From: Candidatus Actinomarina sp.
Lineage (GTDB): Bacteria; Actinomycetota; Acidimicrobiia; Actinomarinales; Actinomarinaceae
Reading direction: 5' to 3'
Assembly (NCBI GenBank): GCA_045563135.1
Contig: JBJKUL010000001.1
Location: 741,351 to 805,350 of the forward strand
DNA: 64,000 bases
Shown here: piece after piece, positions 57,053 through 64,000 of the stretch
Numbering within the stretch: position 1 is the first letter of the stretch
How the letters are laid out: each line of letters opens with the position of its first letter
Notes under the pieces: model-generated
What the model saw: the letters and a program-made list of their open reading frames with translations, nothing else
Database searches by the model: none
Told to the model about the DNA's origin: nothing
Made by a program: the position numbers and the translations under genes

Positions 57053-57782
57053 ATCTATCTCTCTCAGCTAGGTCTTGATATAATTTTACTTCTTTCCAAT
57101 TAGAAAATAAATCTAAGGTTTTTTTTGATTTAGTAGAGTCAATTTCAAGACAAAGCATTAAATTAGTTAGTTTTTTGTTTTCTATTTCTTTTATTAATTT
57201 AGATATTACTTCTAGACCATCTTCTCCGCCGTTTAATGCAAGTAACGGTTCATAATCTATTACTTCTTTGTCGAGACCCACAAGATTTTCTTCTGGAATA
57301 TAGGGTAAATTTGCAATTATTACGTCTAAATCACTTGTGTCTACATTCCCAAGTAAATCAGAATGATAAAAATTGACTGCTAAAGAATTTAATTGTGCAT
57401 TTTCAATTGCAATGCTTAGTGCTTCCTGAGATACATCTACACCCGAGACTTCAGAGTTAGGATATAATGCTTTCATCATCAGGGCAATACACCCAGATCC
57501 AGTACCTACATCCAGAATGCTTTTTGGATTATTAGTATTTTCTTTAATTAATTCAATAAGAAATTCTGTCTCTGGACGAGGGATAAGACATCTCTGATCT
57601 ACTTTTAACTGGATAGTGTAGAAAGGAACGTACTCTTCAATATATTGAAGAGGTTCGTGGTTTAACCTTCTGGTTAATAAGCTTTTATATTCTTGTTCAT
57701 AGTCGGTAGTTGCACCTTTTATTTCTTTTGCCTTTTCACGGAGACGTGCAAGTTCGTACTCAGGTATGTTTCTAATGTCCAC
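57033..57782 (-). CDS. prmC: Release factor glutamine methyltransferase
   Basis: SAM motif DVGTGSGCIAL and an NLPY (NPPY-type) motif. Directly downstream of prfA. Confidence 0.8.
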   Translation of the reverse strand: MDIRNIPEYELARLREKAKEIKGATTDYEQEYKSLLTRRLNHEPLQYIEEYVPFYTIQLKVDQRCLIPRPETEFLIELIKENTNNPKSILDVGTGSGCIALMMKALYPNSEVSGVDVSQEALSIAIENAQLNSLAVNFYHSDLLGNVDTSDLDVIIANLPYIPEENLVGLDKEVIDYEPLLALNGGEDGLEVISKLIKEIENKKLTNLMLCLEIDSTKSKKTLDLFSNWKEVKLYQDLAERDRYVFATR

Positions 57783-57783
57783 G

Positions 57784-58866
57784 TTATTCTTCTAAGTTTG
57801 CTAAACGCGCAGTTTCATGATCTGCAATTAAAGCATTCACAAAGTCTTCTAAATCACCGTCTAGTACCTGATCAAGCCTTTTAATTGTGAGATTAATTCG
57901 ATGATCAGAAACCCTGTTATCTTTATAGTTATACGTTCTAATTTTATCTGATCGTTCACCAGAACCAACCTGTTCTTTTCTATCCTTAGCTCTTTCTGCA
58001 GCAGCTTCGTCCTGTCTTGTTTTTAATAAGCGAGCTCTTAAAATTCTCATAGCTTGGTTTTTATTCTTTAACTGAGATTTTTCATCTTGACTAGTAACTA
58101 CAAGACCGGTAGGAATATGTGTAATTCTTACTGCGGAATCTGTAGTATTAACACTTTGCCCTCCTGGTCCACTTGACCTGTAAACGTCTATTTTTAAATC
58201 GTTTGCAGCAATGCTTAAGTCCACTTCCTCCGCCTCTGGAAGCACTGCGACTGTAGCAATTGAAGTATGTACTCTTCCTTGTGACTCAGTTTTAGGAATG
58301 CGTTGTACTCGATGTGCTCCGGCTTCAAATTTTAATTTTGAATAAACTCCTTTTGACTTAATAGAAAAAATTATTTTATTGTAGCCGCCTTGATCTGAAG
58401 CGGTAAGTTCTATCGGTTCAACATTCCAAGTATTTCTTTCAGCAAAACGGGTATACATTTTGTACAAGTCACCAACCCAAATAGCAGCTTCCTCTCCTCC
58501 TGCTCCTGGCCTAATTTCAACAAGTACATCTTTTTCATCCAAAGGATCTTTTGGCAATAACGCTATTTTTATATTTTCAGTTAAATCCTCTATAGATGTT
58601 TTTGATTCGCTCATAATTGTTTCTAATTCAATTTTCATTTCTGAATCCTGTTCTGACTTAAGCATTTCTTCGGCATCAGCTATATCACCATTAAGGGTTC
58701 TCCACTGGTTGAACAAAACTACAATTGCACTCACGTCACTATGTCTTTTTGCTAACTCAGCATAGGCATTTGGATCAGAAGAAATATCCATTTTTTGAAG
58801 TTCTAATTCTATTTCTTCTAACGAACCTTCTAAAGCAGTTAACTTCTCTACTAATGCTTTATCCAT
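57784..58866 (-). CDS. prfA: Peptide chain release factor 1
   Basis: GGQ motif (SGPGGQSVN) and a PxT-type tripeptide region. Confidence 0.9.
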   Translation of the reverse strand: MDKALVEKLTALEGSLEEIELELQKMDISSDPNAYAELAKRHSDVSAIVVLFNQWRTLNGDIADAEEMLKSEQDSEMKIELETIMSESKTSIEDLTENIKIALLPKDPLDEKDVLVEIRPGAGGEEAAIWVGDLYKMYTRFAERNTWNVEPIELTASDQGGYNKIIFSIKSKGVYSKLKFEAGAHRVQRIPKTESQGRVHTSIATVAVLPEAEEVDLSIAANDLKIDVYRSSGPGGQSVNTTDSAVRITHIPTGLVVTSQDEKSQLKNKNQAMRILRARLLKTRQDEAAAERAKDRKEQVGSGERSDKIRTYNYKDNRVSDHRINLTIKRLDQVLDGDLEDFVNALIADHETARLANLEE

Positions 58867-59770
58867 TTAAAACTTCCTTTGAGTTAGATAGTAGCTCATC
58901 AAAATTATCAGTATCTTCACTATGTTTAATACAATTCGCCATGGATATGATAGCTACTTCAATCTGCTGATCATTTGGTTTTTTTGTCGTAATTTTCTGA
59001 GTCCATAACCCTGGAGTTGAAAATATTTTAGCAATTACGGATTCACTATTTTTGAAATTAAATTTCAAAATTTCATACGAAATCATTGCAACTACAAATA
59101 CATGTAGCAACCTTGTTACGAGTGTAAGAAATATATTTAGGGTTGGGATTAGCGGAAGAGTTAACAAACTAACAAATACGATTAAGAAGATAAAGGCGGT
59201 CCCACATCTAATGTGTTCTTTTGGATATCTCTTTACATTACTCATTTCCAATGATCGATCTGACTCATAAGAGGCAATCGTCATATGCTCAGCACCATGG
59301 TATTCAAACAGTTCTTGTGCATCTTTTGTTTTACCAACCAAATAGATATAGGTTATTACAATTACACCCCTAAGAATTCCCTCTGAGAATCCTTTATTGA
59401 TTTGACTCAAATCTAATAGGTCAATTAATAATCTAGGACCAACTATCAGAAGACTTAAAATAGATACAAGAAGTAATGAAGTTGTAATCTTCGCTAAAAA
59501 AGTCTCTTCTTCTTGTTCTCCATAATATAAGGTGTCAGAAAGTGATATTCCTTTATATCCCACAAATAATGAATCGACTAATGCTGCAATTCCTCTAATA
59601 AGAGGTAATTTCCAAAAACCATCTCGCTGAGTTAAGGGAACCCTGGACTCAAAATAATTGTGTATTTGATTTTCTTGATCTCTTACTGCCAAAGACCATC
59701 CTTTTGGGCTCTGAATTAAGACACCACCTATTACTGCTTGTCCACCATAGGCAATATGATCTTTAGACAT
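58859..59770 (-). CDS. DUF1385-like membrane protein
   Basis: 303 aa. The N-terminal YGGQAVIGGV motif and position between rpmE and prfA match YqhQ/DUF1385 genes. Family call from memory. Confidence 0.45.
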   Translation of the reverse strand: MSKDHIAYGGQAVIGGVLIQSPKGWSLAVRDQENQIHNYFESRVPLTQRDGFWKLPLIRGIAALVDSLFVGYKGISLSDTLYYGEQEEETFLAKITTSLLLVSILSLLIVGPRLLIDLLDLSQINKGFSEGILRGVIVITYIYLVGKTKDAQELFEYHGAEHMTIASYESDRSLEMSNVKRYPKEHIRCGTAFIFLIVFVSLLTLPLIPTLNIFLTLVTRLLHVFVVAMISYEILKFNFKNSESVIAKIFSTPGLWTQKITTKKPNDQQIEVAIISMANCIKHSEDTDNFDELLSNSKEVLNG

Positions 59771-59790
59771 TTTGGGTGTATTAAATTAAG

Positions 59791-60084
59791 TTATTCTTCT
59801 TCTTGAGAAGAAGCTTCTTGTTTTGGAGCTTGGCGAGTACTTGTAGACCCGTACCTTTGTTTAAACCTCTCAACACGACCTGTGGAGTCCACAAGTTTTT
59901 GCTTACCTGTAAAAAATGGGTGGCTAGCACTAGAAATTTCAAGTTTAACTAGTGGATAGTCGTTTCCATCTTCCCATGATATTGTCTCGCTTGTTTTGAT
60001 TGTTGAGCGAGTAAGAAACGCGAAACCTGCGTCTTCATCTTGGAAAACTACTTCTCTATAATCTGGATGTATGCCTTGTTTCAT
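59791..60084 (-). CDS. rpmE2: 50S ribosomal protein L31, type B (no Zn ribbon)
   Basis: MKQGIHPDY...HPFFTGKQK without the CxxC pairs. A Ser/Glu-rich C-terminal tail extends it to 97 aa. Confidence 0.8.
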   Translation of the reverse strand: MKQGIHPDYREVVFQDEDAGFAFLTRSTIKTSETISWEDGNDYPLVKLEISSASHPFFTGKQKLVDSTGRVERFKQRYGSTSTRQAPKQEASSQEEE

Positions 60085-60098
60085 ATCTACACTCTAAC

Positions 60099-61442
60099 TT
60101 ACTTGTTGTTTTTTGCGACATCTTTTAAGAAGGCTTCATTAGTTTTTACAGTTTTAAACCTATCAATTAAAAGTTCAGTAGCTCCACCTTCTAGACCAAC
60201 CAATACTCTCCTTAAAGCCCACAATGACTGTAGTTCCTGAGGGGAAACGAGCCTTTGTTCTTCTCTTGTGCCAGATGGAGTAACATCAATAGCTGGAAAT
60301 ACACGTTTATCAGCGAGACCTCTGTCGAGTTTAAGCTCCATATTTCCAGTTCCTTTAAACTCCTCAAAAATTACTTCATCCATCTTTGAACCAGTTTCAA
60401 CTAAGGCAGTACCTAATATAGTCAAGCTACCCCCTCCTTCAATGTTTCTAGCAGCTCCAAAGAATTGCTTAACGGGTGTAATAGCAGTTGAATCTAAACC
60501 ACCAGAGAGAATTCTTCCGCTGGCAGGTGAGGCTAAGTTGTGAGCTCTAGCTAAACGAGTTATTGAGTCTAAGAGAATAACAACATCCTTGCCTTCCTCG
60601 GTAAGTCGTTTTGCTCTTTCAATTGCTAATCGTGATACTTGTGTATGTTCTTCTGGCGGTCTATCAAATGTAGAAAAGATTACCTCTCCATCAACCGATC
60701 TTTGCATATCTGTTACTTCTTCTGGTCTTTCATCAACAAGAACAACCATCAAGTGAACTTCAGGATTGTTAGCAGTAATTGAATTTGCAATTTCTTTAAG
60801 AATTGTTGTTTTACCAGCTTTCGGAGGTGAGACTATTAATCCTCTTTGACCTTTACCAATAGGTGCGATTAAATCAATTATTCTTCCTACTATTTTTTCA
60901 GGTTTGCCTGGTACTTCTAGCTTTAAACGTTCATCAGGAAATAAAGGTGTAAGTTTATTGAAGTCAACACGTCTTGCTAATAATTCAGGATCTGCTCCAT
61001 TTACTGTCTTTGGCTCAACTAAGGCTGGAAATTTTTCTTTTTGCCTTGGAGCTCTTATTGGTCCTTCAACTAGATCACCTTTACGCATTCTGAATTTTTT
61101 GATACTCCCTGCTGGTACATAGACATCATTATCACCAGGTTTGTATCCGCTACACCTCAAAAACCCATAACCTTCAGGAAGAATATCTAAAATACCTTCC
61201 CTAGATTCTCCAGCTTTTACTTGGCTGTCTCCAGAATTAACTACTGATGGAAGGTCTGAGTCATCATTTTTAATTACCTTTGCAACAACTGGTTCCTCAG
61301 CTTCAATAACTGTGTCCCCTTGCTCTAATAGAAGATCTATCAGCTTTGCTTTTTGTAGGCCTTTAAATTCAAGACCTAAACCTTCTGCTATTGCTCTAAG
61401 ATCTGCAACTGGTTTTGATTGTAATTGCGTTCTTGCGGACAT
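60099..61442 (-). CDS. rho: Transcription termination factor Rho
   Basis: Walker A ([12 protein letters not shown]), Q- and R-loops, and an N-terminal OB/CSD-like fold. 447 aa. Confidence 0.9.
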   Translation of the reverse strand: MSARTQLQSKPVADLRAIAEGLGLEFKGLQKAKLIDLLLEQGDTVIEAEEPVVAKVIKNDDSDLPSVVNSGDSQVKAGESREGILDILPEGYGFLRCSGYKPGDNDVYVPAGSIKKFRMRKGDLVEGPIRAPRQKEKFPALVEPKTVNGADPELLARRVDFNKLTPLFPDERLKLEVPGKPEKIVGRIIDLIAPIGKGQRGLIVSPPKAGKTTILKEIANSITANNPEVHLMVVLVDERPEEVTDMQRSVDGEVIFSTFDRPPEEHTQVSRLAIERAKRLTEEGKDVVILLDSITRLARAHNLASPASGRILSGGLDSTAITPVKQFFGAARNIEGGGSLTILGTALVETGSKMDEVIFEEFKGTGNMELKLDRGLADKRVFPAIDVTPSGTREEQRLVSPQELQSLWALRRVLVGLEGGATELLIDRFKTVKTNEAFLKDVAKNNK

Positions 61443-61579
61443 TTTTCTCCTAATTTAAATCAATTTTTTTTGATATTGATTTGTGAATTTATTGTCTGAA
61501 GACAACATCATTATATACATATTATTAGTAAAGGTATAGTTTTTATTATTTTTATAAATAGTCTTTAATGTTGTTTGTA

Positions 61580-62440
61580 TTATTTTATTGGCTTTAAAAG
61601 TGCATATGGAACAACTATTAATAGCGTCGCAAGATAATAAAATACACCGAATACAGCCATTTGAGGTAAGTTGAACAAGATGGAAAAAGTTAGCACAATA
61701 GGAAAATTTTGACATAAGGCTTCAATAGAGATAGTGACTGCGTCCCTTTTTTCAATTTTTAAGAATCTTAAAGTTCCTTCAACTGAAAGGAAGACAACCG
61801 TAATTGCTATTAAAACTATCACTATGGCTTCTGAGAAATAGTCAACTAGAGCTTCTCTTAATTCAAATGGACCAGATAAGGATATTGCTAAAACATACAT
61901 TTTTAGAAACTTGTCTAAAAATATAGATACTCTATCTAAAAAATTTATATTCTTTGAGTTCAAAAAATATCCAACTATAAAAGGTAACAAAATTAATAAT
62001 GAAAGCTGGACTAGGGTTTCTAGGAAATTAAATGAGAACTCATCTGCATTTATAGAAATAATACTTAACCAAAATACTGTTGTTAATGGTGTTATCAATG
62101 AAGTTAGTGAAGTCAGAGAGACAGAAAGTGGTATATTTCCACCTTTGTAATGGGTTAAAATGCCGGATATGAAACCACCTGGAGCTAATAAAACAATAGC
62201 TATTGATATTGCAAATATACTTGAATTAAATACTAAATAAAGAGTCAATCCAATTAAAGGTAAGACAAACAGTTGAAAAAATAAAGCAAATGAAAATGTG
62301 ACTTTGTTTTGAATGGTATCTTTTATATCTTGAGATTTAGTTTGAGTTCCTAAAAAATAAAACATTACAGGAATCATGGGTGTAATTGTTTTGAAGGTTA
62401 TCGAAGATGAAATTAATAAACTTAGTTCTTCTATGCTCAT
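61580..62440 (-). CDS. BASS (bile acid:sodium symporter / SBF) family transporter
   Basis: 286 aa, about 9 TM, with a VLLAPGG-like motif. Confidence 0.55.
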   Translation of the reverse strand: MSIEELSLLISSSITFKTITPMIPVMFYFLGTQTKSQDIKDTIQNKVTFSFALFFQLFVLPLIGLTLYLVFNSSIFAISIAIVLLAPGGFISGILTHYKGGNIPLSVSLTSLTSLITPLTTVFWLSIISINADEFSFNFLETLVQLSLLILLPFIVGYFLNSKNINFLDRVSIFLDKFLKMYVLAISLSGPFELREALVDYFSEAIVIVLIAITVVFLSVEGTLRFLKIEKRDAVTISIEALCQNFPIVLTFSILFNLPQMAVFGVFYYLATLLIVVPYALLKPIK

Positions 62441-62491
62441 GTATTAGTAGAGTATATTAGTTTTTATATCTTCTTGACAGGTAATTTATTA

Positions 62492-63394
62492 TTAATTTTC
62501 ACAACAAAGAGCAATATAATTGTCTAAAAATTCTCTTTCAGAATCTTGTAAAACAATATTCTCTCTGTAATAAGCGTAATCTCCTCCGTAGTAGATCGCT
62601 AAAGCGTCAGCAAATAATTCCTCACTACCAAAAAATTCTTGTGCTTCTATACGTTTTTTTTCGCCTTCTGGATTTATGCAGTTTCTTGTTAAGTAAGAAA
62701 GTGCATGCGAGGTTTCATGAAGTAACGTATCATACGCACGGTTGTTTGCAAAAGCTTTATTTGACACCCAAACGGATAACTTCCATTTAGAATTAACTGT
62801 TCCGTCTGCAAAAGTGCCTGCGGAATCCCAAACTCCAAAAGGGCATCTTTCTAATATAGTTGCTGCGTAAGAATGGCAACCATTGACAAATATCACACTA
62901 CTTTCTACACTTTTTCTTAATTCATCAGGTAAGCTAGCAACTAATTCATTAAGCTGTAATTGATTCTCTCCTTCAAAACCATCAAATGATGTGAATTCAC
63001 CCTTGTAAATCTCTGTATCCTCTTCACTGTTTGTGTTAATTGTTACTTCTTCTTGTTCTTGAGAAACTTCTATGGTTGTTGTAGTAGTCGGAATTGTTGT
63101 GGTTGTAGTTACTGGAGCTGATGTGGTTGTAGTTACTGGAGCTGATGTGGTTGTAGTTACTGGAGCTGATGTGGTTGTAGTTACTGGAGCTGATGTGGTT
63201 GTAGTTACTGGAGCTGATGTGGTTGTAGTTACTGGAGCTGATGTGGTTGTAGTTACTGGAGCTGATGTGGTTGTAGCATTTCCTATTGTTGCTTGAATAT
63301 CTATCTCGACTGGATTATCAAGTACATATATGTATGAGACTCCTATAAATAAACAAATAAAAAGAACTATGACTAAAGTTAAATTACGATTCAT
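62492..63394 (-). CDS. Membrane-anchored protein with a Thr-rich repeat linker and an HExxH (zincin-like) C-terminal domain
   Basis: N-terminal signal-anchor, (SAPVTTTT)x8, and a C-terminal domain containing LLHETSHAL. Confidence 0.6.
   Translation of the reverse strand: MNRNLTLVIVLFICLFIGVSYIYVLDNPVEIDIQATIGNATTTSAPVTTTTSAPVTTTTSAPVTTTTSAPVTTTTSAPVTTTTSAPVTTTTSAPVTTTTTIPTTTTTIEVSQEQEEVTINTNSEEDTEIYKGEFTSFDGFEGENQLQLNELVASLPDELRKSVESSVIFVNGCHSYAATILERCPFGVWDSAGTFADGTVNSKWKLSVWVSNKAFANNRAYDTLLHETSHALSYLTRNCINPEGEKKRIEAQEFFGSEELFADALAIYYGGDYAYYRENIVLQDSEREFLDNYIALCCEN
63097..63276 (-). repeat. Perfect 24-bp tandem repeat (about 7.5 copies) inside the CDS
   Basis: The unit (plus-strand reading ATGTGGTTGTAGTTACTGGAGCTG) is repeated without mismatch from about 63097 to 63276. 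It encodes SAPVTTTT on the minus strand. Confidence 0.9.
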
Positions 63395-64000
63395 TAAAAG
63401 AATCGCTTAGTTCATCATCTATAAATTCAGAAATATCTTCGTCATTTAACCTTAGGCTTTCCTCGTATTCCGCAGGTTTATTCAATTCGGCATATTTTTT
63501 CATAAAGTTACCTAACAATAAGATAATCATAATATACAACAAAAGCACAAGCATAAATCTGTATGCTAAAGCTCCACTTTGTAGTAGTGTTTGTTGCGCT
63601 TCTTTAAACTCGCTATCAGGTGGCAGAACAAGAATTCGTATAAATAGCCAAATGCCCATCAAAAAGCTTACAATTGGCATAGCCTGGTTTAACCCCTCAG
63701 AATCTCCAATTGCGTCAAATAACTCATTACCTCCCCATGGAACTGCTTTAAATATAACTCCCTCTAAACACATTAAATAAGTTAGTTTACATACTGCCAT
63801 TAAAACACCTGAGGAGCTTACAGATTCAAATGATGTTGCGTAAAAGAAAAAGTATCCAACAATTGAGAGACTCATCATTGAGTAAAACTTAGGAGATAAC
63901 TCAGCCTTGGGTCTATTGGAGACTATGTGGATAGCTGCGATGAAACCTAGTATAAAGCCAAAGGGAAGTTCTATAACCACAAATAATATTGTCGAAAGGA
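63384..64000 (-). CDS. Hypothetical membrane protein with an acidic C-terminal tail (N-terminus probably beyond the window)
   Basis: The ORF is open to the window edge. The track start at 63980 is a GTG with no upstream stop. About 5 TM plus a DE-rich tail. Confidence 0.4.
   Translation of the reverse strand, partial: LSTILFVVIELPFGFILGFIAAIHIVSNRPKAELSPKFYSMMSLSIVGYFFFYATSFESVSSSGVLMAVCKLTYLMCLEGVIFKAVPWGGNELFDAIGDSEGLNQAMPIVSFLMGIWLFIRILVLPPDSEFKEAQQTLLQSGALAYRFMLVLLLYIMIILLLGNFMKKYAELNKPAEYEESLRLNDEDISEFIDDELSDSFNES

Noticed and set aside
61455-61715. 86-aa minus-strand ORF between rho and the BASS transporter
   Set aside because: It overlaps the 3' end of the BASS gene out of frame and runs through the AT-rich rho promoter region. 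The translation is Asn/Ile/Lys-rich low complexity. It is most likely spurious.
63072-63296. 74-aa ORF (VVVVTGADVVVV...) and the possibility of a CRISPR-like array
   Set aside because: This is an antisense reading of the 24-bp tandem repeats. The repeats are contiguous with no spacers and are in-frame within a longer, sensibly organised minus-strand CDS. It is not a CRISPR array and not an independent gene.

Overview
This 64 kb window is low-GC (about one third G+C by eye) and densely packed with genes, with only short intergenic gaps. Nearly all of it is core housekeeping. The content and local gene order look actinobacterial: gltX next to a fumarylacetoacetate-hydrolase-family gene and tRNA-Gln/Glu, gatCAB next to ligA, mnmA next to iscS, a mycothiol-type Mca/MshB deacetylase, Ni-SOD sodN with its sodX protease, korAB, a senX3/regX3-like two-component pair, and a glyA-prfA-prmC-tsaC-atp block. 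My inference is a streamlined low-GC actinobacterium, possibly a marine Actinomarina-like lineage. Two long same-strand runs stand out. The first is gatCAB-dapED on the minus strand. The second is a roughly 21 kb minus-strand run: rho, rpmE, prfA, prmC, tsaC, glyA, atpBEFHAGDC, mca, pstSCAB, phoU, a response regulator, a sensorless histidine kinase, nptA and a second phoU-domain gene. Other content includes a tRNA-Glu(CTC)/Gln(CTG)/Glu(TTC) trio, pyk, metG, gltB large subunit with no gltD nearby, amt, a deoC-ALDH-ALDH-like block, murA, ligA and ilvE. The most unusual items: (1) 11-bp-phased GTAAA[C/T/A] direct repeats upstream of pstS, pstC and nptA, a likely PHO box; (2) a minimal 235-aa histidine kinase with no sensor domain, fused into the pst-phoU operon; (3) an internally deleted, catalytically dead ALDH paralog coupled to a full ALDH and deoC; (4) a membrane-anchored HExxH protein whose Thr-rich linker is encoded by 7.5 perfect 24-bp tandem repeats; (5) a Cys-rich 62-aa ORF coupled to sodX; (6) a GlnR-box-like array upstream of amt and a large hairpin between amt and gltB. 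No mobile elements, CRISPR arrays or rRNA genes were seen.
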